Source: a virus
Length of the DNA: 41,761 nucleotides
UHGV virus genome: UHGV-0249630
Direction: 5' to 3' (one strand)
The translations under genes and the position numbers were made by a program. Below, one piece after another: positions 1-8,943 of this stretch (its first letter is position 1; each line of letters starts with the position of its first letter). The notes under the pieces were generated by a model. The model did no database searches and was not told the DNA's origin. It was given only the letters and a program-made list of their open reading frames with translations.

Positions 1-1522
1 CCATAACGAAGTATACGACGATAACGCAGAAGATTTACGCGTAGGGACGGTTTCGCGTGTATGGTTTGATGAGACAGACGGTTATTACTGGTGTGAGGGG
101 ATTATATGGAATGAAAAAGCCCTTGATTTAATTCTTAATAAAGGCTGGAGCGTTTCCTGCCAATACGACATCACAGAAGTTGATGAGCAAGGCGGAGTAC
201 ATAATGGGATAGAGTTTGATAAAACAATCTTAAACGGCTCTTTTGAACACCTTGCGCTCGTGGATGCGCCGCGTTATGAAGCTGCTCTTATCGCTGTTAA
301 TTCTGCCGGCAAAAAGAAGTTTTTATACAACAAAGCGATAAATTCAGATTTTAAAGAAGAAGAACACCCGCGGGGAGATGACGGGAAGTTTACTGACGGG
401 AATAATACAAGTTTCTATAATGAAAATTCAAAAACAATTGAATTAAAAGGCAATGAGCTTGGTTCTACTGATGAAGAAATCAGAGAGAATGGGCTGAAAT
501 ACTTTAAAGAGAATTATCAGGGTAAAAAGTTTAGTAACCCGGAATTATCAGATATTTTATTTAGTCGTACCGGGTTGAATAAATTAAAATCCAATTCCGC
601 AGATATAGAAAAAATAAAAGCCATTCCTGCTCTAAAAGATATTGTGGAGAAAGGCAAATATCAAGGAGAAGAAGCCCTAAAGCATCCTAGAGAAGATGGC
701 ATCATAAGATTTCACAGAATTAATGCAAATGTAAATATAGGTGAAAAGAAAGAAAATATGTCCGTGCTAATTGGCGAAGATCGAGACGGAAACAGATTTT
801 ATAACTTAAATAATAAAACCTATATAGCAGAAAATTCCTCAAGGGTTATCCGCGCTAAGGGCAGAGCCGATGAAGAATTTTCTATAAATATTATAACCGA
901 TCTTACACAAGATTTCAACCCTGACATTACAAAACATAAAGCACAAAACAGCAAGGAGACAGATATGGGAATTATTGAAGATTTAGAAAAACTAATCCTA
1001 AAGGCAAAAAATAAAGGAGAAAACATGAAATCAAAAAATGAAGATGTAGACAAACGTAAAATTTTACGTGAAGCTGATGCAATTGCCATGAGGCCGGCAT
1101 CAGAATTTGACGGTGGCGAAGAAGAAAAATTCAGAACGCTGACCAAAAAACTTGAAGAGTTGAGTTACGACAAGTCCGAAGCAGGCACAGCTGATAACAA
1201 GGCTAAAAACGATGATGAGGACGACAAAGACAAAGAAGAAGCAAAAAACAAATGCCGCAACGAAGAAGACGATGAGGAAGAAAAACCGAAAAACAAACGC
1301 GGCAAAAACGAAGATGACGAGGATGACGACGAAGACAAAGAAGATGAATATGACAAATTAAAACGTGAAGTCGATGATGAAGCCAAAAATAAGGCTAAAA
1401 ACAAAGCTCGTAACAGTATCAGCGACTTTAAAAAGTCTTTCTATGACTATAGCACAAGTGATTATGGCACAGGTTATATTTCACAGAAAAAAGCTATAGA
1501 ACTTGGTAAACAGATTTTCTAA
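1..1522 (+). CDS. 3' part of DUF2213-like prohead protease/scaffold polyprotein (starts at 41586, ~565 aa) with internal LPD3-like domain
   Basis: Frame is open from base 2 into ORF 260..1522; HNG..FEHLALVDAPRY motif; acidic/Lys-rich scaffold-like C-terminus; lies between the MuF and capsid genes. Confidence 0.8.
   Translation, partial: HNEVYDDNAEDLRVGTVSRVWFDETDGYYWCEGIIWNEKALDLILNKGWSVSCQYDITEVDEQGGVHNGIEFDKTILNGSFEHLALVDAPRYEAALIAVNSAGKKKFLYNKAINSDFKEEEHPRGDDGKFTDGNNTSFYNENSKTIELKGNELGSTDEEIRENGLKYFKENYQGKKFSNPELSDILFSRTGLNKLKSNSADIEKIKAIPALKDIVEKGKYQGEEALKHPREDGIIRFHRINANVNIGEKKENMSVLIGEDRDGNRFYNLNNKTYIAENSSRVIRAKGRADEEFSINIITDLTQDFNPDITKHKAQNSKETDMGIIEDLEKLILKAKNKGENMKSKNEDVDKRKILREADAIAMRPASEFDGGEEEKFRTLTKKLEELSYDKSEAGTADNKAKNDDEDDKDKEEAKNKCRNEEDDEEEKPKNKRGKNEDDEDDDEDKEDEYDKLKREVDDEAKNKAKNKARNSISDFKKSFYDYSTSDYGTGYISQKKAIELGKQIF
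812..884 (-). ncRNA. Putative antisense hairpin sRNA
   Basis: Downstream of the promoter; 13-bp stem 883-871/841-829 with one G-U pair on the minus strand only, then a U-rich tract. Confidence 0.45.
890..918 (-). promoter_or_regulatory. Antisense sigma70-type promoter inside the protease gene
   Basis: Minus strand TTGAAA (918-913), 17 bp spacer, TATAAT (895-890). Confidence 0.65.
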
Positions 1523-1584
1523 ATAATAAAAACAATAAGAAAAATAATTATGCATTTCTCAGACAGTGGAGAAATGGCGGCATT

Positions 1585-1611
1585 GAAGCTCTGCGGGAGC
1601 TTCTTTTTTTT
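1585..1611 (+). terminator. Intrinsic terminator
   Basis: GAAGCTC-TGCGG-GAGCTTC followed by a T run. Confidence 0.7.
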
Positions 1612-1640
1612 ACAAAAAATTCAAAATAAGGAGTTAAAAT

Positions 1641-2117
1641 ATGGCAATTTCATTAACAAATTTTAAAATTGAACAAGTTGACGGAGGTCTTGCCTTGCTG
1701 CCTAATCAGCCGCTTTTACAGGGCTGCCAGGTATCAAGTGCACAGTCTACCGCATTGAATGCAGGCGACATTGTAACTATTGACGGAACAAACGCAAAAC
1801 AAGGAATTATTACCGTAAAAAAAGCAGCAGTAACAGATACCCCGTTAGGTATAGTTTTGACAGATCCTATCAAAACAAGTTTTGCAGCACTGGATAGAGT
1901 TTCAGTTATTCCTGTTAACTGCTATTGCTACAAAACAGCGAATGCAAATATAACAGCCGGCTCAAAACTTCAATTTACAGCAGAAGGTAAAGTAGCAGCA
2001 ACAACAACAGCTTCAAACGGTTATATCGGTATTGCATTAACTAATGCTACCGCCGCAGACCAGTTAATTATTGTACAAGTTCAGCCGGGTATGGAACCCG
2101 CAGCAGCTGCAGCGTAG
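1641..2117 (+). CDS. Head decoration/cement protein
   Basis: AAGGAG RBS; Ala/Thr-rich 158 aa with GIALT.A.A motif; directly upstream of the capsid gene. Confidence 0.65.
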   Translation: MAISLTNFKIEQVDGGLALLPNQPLLQGCQVSSAQSTALNAGDIVTIDGTNAKQGIITVKKAAVTDTPLGIVLTDPIKTSFAALDRVSVIPVNCYCYKTANANITAGSKLQFTAEGKVAATTTASNGYIGIALTNATAADQLIIVQVQPGMEPAAAAA

Positions 2118-2128
2118 GAGGAGAAATA

Positions 2129-3148
2129 ATGACTAATAAATTAATTTTTGATGCGGAAAATTACGCACGTAAGACATACAAAGCAATTAACGCTTTATTT
2201 GACATTCCCGGCAGAGGTGTTATACAAACTGTTGATACATTAACAGAAATCGTATCAGGAGCAGTTGAGGCTAAATACTACGAATTAGCAGGGCAAACCC
2301 CTTCCGATTTCTTAAATATTGATACCGGACGCGGAGCATACTCTACAGGTTTGTTCCAGTTCACAACTGCTTATGTCGGCTCAACATTCAAAGAATGTTT
2401 AATTAATCCGGCGTCTAACGCAATCAACGCTAACGCTAATTCTTCAATAGTTATTGACGGCATAAACATTCCGAATAACTTCTACGCACAGCGTTACGCA
2501 GTTAGACAGGAAGCAATTAAAATGGCAGCCAGAAATGCGGTTAACTTTGATATTGTTGAAGAAAACGAAAAAGCAAGAGCTAAGACTTACCAGCTGGGCT
2601 TCCAAGAAACAATGTTCTTAGGACTGGGCGACGGCAGAACTTACGGGCTTTTAAATCAGCCTAATGTTACGGTCAATACATCATTATTACCTACAGCACC
2701 TGAAAAAATGACTACCGAACAAATTAAAACATTTGCAGCAACTGCACTCGCTACAGCATTTGCAGGCTCAAATTATACAATTATGCCTAACAGATGGTGT
2801 ATGCCTACAAGATCATTTATGGCATTAGGAATTCCTTACGGTGATACATTCGGTATGCCGACAGTCAAGGAAGTTTTGGAAAAAGCTTTTAAAGAAGCCG
2901 GCGCACCTGCTGACTTCAAAATTGTACATACTGTATACAACAATACAGCTGCTTCAAACGGTAAAGGCAGACACGTATTCTACAACACTGACGTTGATAA
3001 CATCGTAATGTGTGCGCCGCTTGTTTATACACCGCACCCGTTATATGCTCAAGGCTCATTAGACTTAATTTCTGATGCAGAAGCACAATTTACAGGTGTA
3101 TGGGTAAAACGTGAAGGCTCAATTTTGTACGCAGATGAACAAGCTTAA
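2129..3148 (+). CDS. Major capsid protein (DUF2184-like)
   Basis: AGGAGG RBS; 339 aa; FLG...YGLLNQPNV motif; position. Confidence 0.85.
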   Translation: MTNKLIFDAENYARKTYKAINALFDIPGRGVIQTVDTLTEIVSGAVEAKYYELAGQTPSDFLNIDTGRGAYSTGLFQFTTAYVGSTFKECLINPASNAINANANSSIVIDGINIPNNFYAQRYAVRQEAIKMAARNAVNFDIVEENEKARAKTYQLGFQETMFLGLGDGRTYGLLNQPNVTVNTSLLPTAPEKMTTEQIKTFAATALATAFAGSNYTIMPNRWCMPTRSFMALGIPYGDTFGMPTVKEVLEKAFKEAGAPADFKIVHTVYNNTAASNGKGRHVFYNTDVDNIVMCAPLVYTPHPLYAQGSLDLISDAEAQFTGVWVKREGSILYADEQA

Positions 3149-3159
3149 GGAGAAAATTT

Positions 3160-3471
3160 ATGAAACTATACAATAAATCAACGCACCCTTTTTCTCACGC
3201 ATATTTGAATGAAGAGAAAGAAACTGTTTATTTAATTTTGAAGCCGCAAAAAACATTGGATGTTCCTGACGATATAGCTGAACTGTGGTTAAAATATGAC
3301 GGAGTAGAAAAATATGTTGCTCCCGAAGATATTGAAAAAGCCGCAGCAGAAAAAGCCAAAGCAATGGAAGAAAAAATCAAAGCTGAGGCTAAAGCAGAAG
3401 CGCAGGAAGAAATCGATAAACTAAAGGCTGAACTTGAAAAAGCCAAAGCAGCAGCGAAAAAAAACAGCTAA
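3160..3471 (+). CDS. Hypothetical head-region protein with coiled-coil C-terminus
   Basis: AAGGAG RBS; operon position. Confidence 0.7.
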   Translation: MKLYNKSTHPFSHAYLNEEKETVYLILKPQKTLDVPDDIAELWLKYDGVEKYVAPEDIEKAAAEKAKAMEEKIKAEAKAEAQEEIDKLKAELEKAKAAAKKNS

Positions 3472-3513
3472 ATAAACCTCCCTAAGTCGCATAGAAGTAA
3501 AGAAGAGGATGAA

Positions 3514-4083
3514 ATGAACTACGATATTTTTAAGACTGTAACAGTAGAGCAATTTAAAGAATATTTTTTCAGGGATTTCTCTTTTTTGCCTCTCTATGTT
3601 GAGGGACAAACCTACTGGAACGGAGATATTGTTTATTACAATAACAATTTCTATAAATCACTGATTGACACTAATACAACTTCACCTGACAACGCTGAAA
3701 ACTGGCAAAAGGTCAAAGGGAACATAAATGATTATGTTCAGGACAAAGACATAGAACGTGCTATGTCACAGGCACTCTCAACGGCTAATGCAAGGTTTGG
3801 GATAAATGATGATGACAAAATAATGATTTATCTTCATCTTGTGGCATTTTACCTGCAAATGGACTTAAACACTGCATCATCAGGCGGGGGATTTATGGGG
3901 ATAACGACATCAAAGAGTGTCGGAGATGTTTCGGAAGGTTACACAATCCCGCAATGGGTAACAGATAATCCGGTATTCAGCATATTTACACAAAACGGGT
4001 TCGGGCTTAAATATTTATCTTTAATCCTTCCTTATATCTCGTGCCCGATACTTTTCAGCAGAGGGGGGACAACAATTGGCTGA
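3514..4083 (+). CDS. Head-tail adaptor (DUF4054-like) with aromatic-rich insert
   Basis: TVEQFK..F..F, LHLVAF and [15 protein letters not shown] motifs; position. Confidence 0.7.
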   Translation: MNYDIFKTVTVEQFKEYFFRDFSFLPLYVEGQTYWNGDIVYYNNNFYKSLIDTNTTSPDNAENWQKVKGNINDYVQDKDIERAMSQALSTANARFGINDDDKIMIYLHLVAFYLQMDLNTASSGGGFMGITTSKSVGDVSEGYTIPQWVTDNPVFSIFTQNGFGLKYLSLILPYISCPILFSRGGTTIG

Positions 4084-4615
4084 ACAAGACAGCAGCATGA
4101 AATTTAGTAATAAAAATCTTGATGAGATTATACAAGCTTTACGAAAAAAGATTATATTACGCATCGGGATTATGGGAAGCGACGCGCAGACGGAGCACGA
4201 AGGAAGCGGATTAACTAACGCACAGTTAGGTACAATACACGAACAGCCAGACAATGACGGCAAGAAAATTCCGAAACGTTCTTTCTTGTTAGAACCTTTA
4301 CAGGAAAAATTAAACCTTACAACAGATGAAAACAAATATTTAAGGAAAGAATTATTTAAGCGTTATTTTGATGATAAAGCCCCTGAAAAGTTTTATAAAG
4401 CTCTTGGAACTAAAGCACTGCAAATTGTAGACCAGGCATTTATGACAAATGGCTATAACCAATGGACTTCATTATCACAAGCCTATTTAAAACGTAAAAT
4501 CAATTCTGTTAAATCTAAAAAGAAACGTGAAGAATACGCTAAAAATAACAAGATACTTGTTAGAAGCGGCGCTCTAAGACGTTCTATAAGCATGAAGATT
4601 ATAAAACCACAATGA
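4076..4615 (+). CDS. Neck/virion morphogenesis protein
   Basis: [17 protein letters not shown] and [11 protein letters not shown] motifs. Confidence 0.7.
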   Translation: MAEQDSSMKFSNKNLDEIIQALRKKIILRIGIMGSDAQTEHEGSGLTNAQLGTIHEQPDNDGKKIPKRSFLLEPLQEKLNLTTDENKYLRKELFKRYFDDKAPEKFYKALGTKALQIVDQAFMTNGYNQWTSLSQAYLKRKINSVKSKKKREEYAKNNKILVRSGALRRSISMKIIKPQ

Positions 4616-4986
4616 TAAACACTAATTCAAACCTGCCTAATATGTCAAACACTATTAAAGGCTGGTTTTTAAACATAAGTTTTGAATACGTTGAACGGTA
4701 TCAGGACGGGGCAGACTGGATCGAAGGCACACCGCAGATTATAAACACAAAAGGTGTTGTGCGTCCGCCTTCTGACGAGGACTTAAAGATTTACCCTGAA
4801 GGCGCCTGGTCGTGGCAATGGCTGCAAATCCACTGCCTGCCAAATGCTGATATGGCAACAAATAATTATGTAATCTATGACAATGTCAAATATAAAATTA
4901 TGCAGAAAAAGGATTACAGAAAGTACGGATATATTCGCTATACCCTTCTTGAAGCATACAAAGCGGATGAATTAAACAATGAGTGA
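4612..4986 (+). CDS. Head closure/connector protein
   Basis: Position and size; DLKIYPEG and VIYDNVKYKI motifs. Confidence 0.55.
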   Translation: MINTNSNLPNMSNTIKGWFLNISFEYVERYQDGADWIEGTPQIINTKGVVRPPSDEDLKIYPEGAWSWQWLQIHCLPNADMATNNYVIYDNVKYKIMQKKDYRKYGYIRYTLLEAYKADELNNE

Positions 4987-5476
4987 CACACTAAATCTTT
5001 TAAAACAACTTATTGATACACAGCTTAAAATGCCTAAAGGGCGCGTATGGGCTGCTAATTCAGACAATTCCCTACCGAAAGACAAAAAACTTTTTATTGT
5101 TCTGAAAATTGATGAAGTAAAGCCGTACGCAAATAATCTTAAATACGAATACACTGTAGACGGTGTAAATGAGATTTTAACCACAAGTGTAGCGGAAGAT
5201 ATAACAATAGCCTTGCTATCCCGTAATACAGAAGCAAGGGACAGGGCTTATGAAATCTTACAGGCTTTAAGTTCTACATTATCCCAACAATTACAAGAAA
5301 AAAACAAAATGCATATTTCAAGGCTGGGGAATATCTATGATGCCTCGTTTCTTGAAGCAACAGCATTCTTAAACAGATATGATATCCGTATCAGGGTTAT
5401 AAGAAGTTACCAGAATATAAACCCTGTGGACTATTACGACAAATTTTCAATACCTGAAATTCACCTGGAAGCATAA
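4979..5476 (+). CDS. Tail terminator/neck protein
   Basis: Immediately before the sheath gene; coupled start/stop. Confidence 0.55.
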   Translation: MSDTLNLLKQLIDTQLKMPKGRVWAANSDNSLPKDKKLFIVLKIDEVKPYANNLKYEYTVDGVNEILTTSVAEDITIALLSRNTEARDRAYEILQALSSTLSQQLQEKNKMHISRLGNIYDASFLEATAFLNRYDIRIRVIRSYQNINPVDYYDKFSIPEIHLEA

Positions 5477-5492
5477 CAAAGGAGTATAACAA

Positions 5493-6644
5493 ATGGCAAA
5501 TCAAATTCCTATAAGCTATGTTGTTAATGTCAGCATAGCTGAACAGCCTGCGGGTTTAGCACCCAAACAGCTTAGTACACTACTGATTTTAACCGATGAT
5601 GAACCGGTGTCACCATTATCAGGAGATTATATTATTGCACGTGCTGCAAGAACGATTGAACAGAATTTTGGTACAGGGAAAGACAGTACCAAAATGGCGC
5701 AGATAATATTCAGCCAAAATCCAAATATTTTAGCAAATAGCGGCTATGTTATTGTTGCACCTTATACATCGACAAGTGAAACAACAGCGCAAGCAATTTC
5801 AAGATTATCAGCACAGATTTACTTTGAGGGTATTTTAACCACAAGAGATTTAGACGATGAAGAAGCCGGAGAAGCATCAGCAGCAGTTGAGGCAACAGCT
5901 GACCAGATATTTTTCTTACCTTCATCAGATGTAAATGCTTTACAAACAGCTAACGGCTTATTTTATAAATTGCAAAGTAATACGCAGACAAAATGTCTGC
6001 TTTATACTTATGGAGCTGATGAGGATACGAAAAAAGCTAACGCAAAATTATTTGCCGCAGCTTACGCCTCACGGGCTTTGTCTGTAAATTACAGCGGTTC
6101 TAATACCTGTATTACAATGAATTTGAAAGACTTAACAGGTATTGAAGCAGATACAAATATTACCGAAACCATATTACAGCAATGTGCAGATTTAGGTGTT
6201 GATTGTTTCCCTTCTATAGCCGGACTTGCTAAAGTTATTTCAAATGCAGGCAACGGTTTATATTTTGACCAGGTAGCAAATAGAATTTGGCTCACAAGCA
6301 CTATTCAAACAAATGTATTCAATACCCTTGCGACCACAAGAACCAAGATACCGCAGACCGAGCAGGGTATGAACCTTTTGAAATCTGCAGTATATGATAC
6401 TTTTGACCAGGCAGTTACAAACGGTATGATAGCCCCGGGACAGTGGAATTCCTCCGACACATTCGGTAATTTGGAAGATTTCCACAGGAATATTCTTGAA
6501 ACAGGGTATTACATATATTCAACCCCTGTTGTGGAACAGGCACAGGCTGAACGAGAACAGAGAAAAGCCCCGCTTATTCAATGTGCAGGCAAAGAAGCCG
6601 GTGCAATTCATAACAGCGATATTATGATTTACTTAGAAGCTTAA
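5493..6644 (+). CDS. Contractile tail sheath protein (DUF3383-like)
   Basis: KIPQTEQG, AVTNGMIAPG, GYYIY, REQRKAP and AGAIH motifs. Confidence 0.85.
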   Translation: MANQIPISYVVNVSIAEQPAGLAPKQLSTLLILTDDEPVSPLSGDYIIARAARTIEQNFGTGKDSTKMAQIIFSQNPNILANSGYVIVAPYTSTSETTAQAISRLSAQIYFEGILTTRDLDDEEAGEASAAVEATADQIFFLPSSDVNALQTANGLFYKLQSNTQTKCLLYTYGADEDTKKANAKLFAAAYASRALSVNYSGSNTCITMNLKDLTGIEADTNITETILQQCADLGVDCFPSIAGLAKVISNAGNGLYFDQVANRIWLTSTIQTNVFNTLATTRTKIPQTEQGMNLLKSAVYDTFDQAVTNGMIAPGQWNSSDTFGNLEDFHRNILETGYYIYSTPVVEQAQAEREQRKAPLIQCAGKEAGAIHNSDIMIYLEA

Positions 6645-6656
6645 GGAGATAATAAA

Positions 6657-7115
6657 ATGGATGCATATACAGGACAAGACACGATTGTAGTTGAAGATTA
6701 TGACGGGAAATTTACATTAAGCGACTTTGCAGATGGTACAGTTGCAGAGGTAACAGCACCAAATGAAGCATCAACCACAAATACAGGATATAACGGAAAT
6801 TCCCTCGGAGCACATAACGAACCCGGCAGACAACGTCAGGTCACATTAAGGGTCGTAAAAGGCTCTGATGATGATAAGAGATTAAACACATCTTATACAT
6901 TGTGGCAAAACAGAGATTTACGTTTTAAACCGCTAAAAATGGACTTTACCAAACGTGTATCACATTCTGACGGTTCAGTAACTAATGAAACACAGCAATG
7001 TTTCTTTGGACTTCCTGTTAATCCGCCTGTTCCAATGGTTGATACAACAGGGAATACGGATCAGGTTGTATCTGTTTACACGTTCAGATTTGGTAATAGT
7101 AAGAGGACATTATGA
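6657..7115 (+). CDS. Tail tube protein
   Basis: Follows sheath; 152 aa; AAGGAG RBS. Confidence 0.7.
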   Translation: MDAYTGQDTIVVEDYDGKFTLSDFADGTVAEVTAPNEASTTNTGYNGNSLGAHNEPGRQRQVTLRVVKGSDDDKRLNTSYTLWQNRDLRFKPLKMDFTKRVSHSDGSVTNETQQCFFGLPVNPPVPMVDTTGNTDQVVSVYTFRFGNSKRTL

Positions 7116-7519
7116 CACGTAAATATAAACTAACCAGCGGAAAGATTGTAGAATTTGAACTTGCTCCGGTTGAAACAGGGTTAAATCTTTTCAGAACAGT
7201 AGTAAACGAAACAAAAGGCACAGGGTTAAAGCTGGAAATTGATGAAAGCGATACGGTATTTAATCTTATTTTCGGGAAAAACGCAGATGCAGCACTTGCC
7301 GTAATGGGGTCTGAAAATGTCTTTAATGCGGTTTATGAATGCTGTACAAGAGTGAAATACGATAACAAACCATTTACGCTTGATTTATTCAATGATGAAA
7401 AAGCACGTCAAGACCTGCTCCCTGTAATTCAGCTTGTCGGATTGGAGAATTTAGCCCCTTTTTTGCCAAGTCTCCGTTTAGTTTTCGATACCCTCATTTC
7501 AGACCTCTTGATGAAATAA
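7112..7519 (+). CDS. Tail assembly chaperone (G-like, zero frame)
   Basis: Between tube and tape measure genes; slippery site near 3' end. Confidence 0.75.
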   Translation: MTRKYKLTSGKIVEFELAPVETGLNLFRTVVNETKGTGLKLEIDESDTVFNLIFGKNADAALAVMGSENVFNAVYECCTRVKYDNKPFTLDLFNDEKARQDLLPVIQLVGLENLAPFLPSLRLVFDTLISDLLMK

Positions 7520-7710
7520 GACTGCCTGAGGTAGATATAAAACTAAACTGGGTGGATTACTGGGCGATAAGGCTTTCTAAAGCAGGCTACGGCGATGTTA
7601 ACACAATCAAAATGTACGATGCTGAAACATTCTTAAACTTAATTCATTATGAAACATTTATGGTTGAATACGAACGTCAGGTAAGGGATTTAAACACAGG
7701 TAACAGGTAA
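7456..7710 (+). CDS. -1 frameshift extension of tail chaperone (GT-like, ~199 aa product)
   Basis: C CCT TTT at 7456-7462; -1 frame open to TAA 7708-7710 overlapping the tape measure ATG. Confidence 0.8.
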   Translation, partial: PFFAKSPFSFRYPHFRPLDEIRLPEVDIKLNWVDYWAIRLSKAGYGDVNTIKMYDAETFLNLIHYETFMVEYERQVRDLNTGNR

Positions 7711-8942
7711 TGGCAGAAGGAAATAATGGACAATCTAAAGGCTTAGGCGAATTATTTGTAGAATTCGGGCAAAAGGGCGGTTCAGGGTTAATGAAAGCCC
7801 TTAACGGTATTTCTGCTCAATTTTTGTTGACCAAAAATACCGCACAGCAAGCCATTAATATGGTCAAAGATTTCAGCAAAAATGCGCTGAATACAACTGT
7901 AGCCTTTGACAAGTTTAATGCTACAACCGGCATATCTGTTGAGAAACTCAGGGGTTGGGATAAGTGGCTAAAACTTAACAATTATAGTACAGAAGAATTT
8001 TTAGGGAATATTGCTAGTGTTCAACAAGAATTGATTGATATTCAATCCGGGAAGGGTGGTCATTTAAAAGGTTGGACATTGCTGGGTCTTGACCCTCATA
8101 ATTTTGATTTTCATAAGCCTGAGGAAGCACTTACAGCGGTATTAAAACGCTTGCAACAAGTCGATGAAGCGGTTGGCTCAATGGCATTAGATGAACTTGG
8201 CTGGTCTAAAAGTTTACTATATCTTGCAAAACAGCATAATGATTTATATGATACCAGATACAATTTAGATGAGGAAAATATTAAGACTTTACGTGAACAA
8301 CAAGACCTTTGGAATGCGCTTAATGTAACGTGGGAAGCTGCACAACAGAAATTTATTGCTAACCAACGTTGGATAAACACTCTTTTAAAGGATGCCTATA
8401 GATTACTTAATCTTCCTATAAAATCAAGAGAAGAACAATACCAATATATTGATGAAAAAAGTCAATCCCTGAAAAATTTTGTAAAAGATAACTGGTATCT
8501 CTGGTTTACACCATTCGGGGCATTAATAAACGCAAAAAAAATAATAAATAACGATGCTATCGAAGACTATGTTACAGGATATCAAAACTATAAGAAAAAC
8601 CCTAAAAAGACACTGCCCCGGTATAATATAACATCACCTATTGATAAACAAAATAAAAATACTTCTTCACAGGAGATAACTAACCGTGGCACGGTTGGGA
8701 ACGAACAGCCGATGCCTTTTTACGCTCCTGTAGATGGAAGTTCTGATTATGTTCCGGCATCAGTACCACAAAATAATTCTATTCCTCCAAACAACGTAAC
8801 CTCATATAACACAAACAACGTAATCAATATAAACCAGACAATTAACAGTACGGCTGACCCTGTACTTGTTGCGAATGAAAGCACAAACGGCATAAAGCGC
8901 AGTCTTTCGCAGATAGAATTAAGCAATCCGCAGGTAGTATAA
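7710..8942 (+). CDS. Short tape measure protein
   Basis: LGELFVEFG N-terminus, helical composition, position after chaperone. Confidence 0.7.
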   Translation: MAEGNNGQSKGLGELFVEFGQKGGSGLMKALNGISAQFLLTKNTAQQAINMVKDFSKNALNTTVAFDKFNATTGISVEKLRGWDKWLKLNNYSTEEFLGNIASVQQELIDIQSGKGGHLKGWTLLGLDPHNFDFHKPEEALTAVLKRLQQVDEAVGSMALDELGWSKSLLYLAKQHNDLYDTRYNLDEENIKTLREQQDLWNALNVTWEAAQQKFIANQRWINTLLKDAYRLLNLPIKSREEQYQYIDEKSQSLKNFVKDNWYLWFTPFGALINAKKIINNDAIEDYVTGYQNYKKNPKKTLPRYNITSPIDKQNKNTSSQEITNRGTVGNEQPMPFYAPVDGSSDYVPASVPQNNSIPPNNVTSYNTNNVININQTINSTADPVLVANESTNGIKRSLSQIELSNPQVV

Positions 8943-8943
8943 A

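Noticed and set aside
820..1404. Minus-strand ORFs 820..1146 and 1165..1404, and similar antisense ORFs elsewhere
   Set aside because: Ser/Phe-rich mirror frames of Asp/Glu/Lys-rich real genes, without RBS
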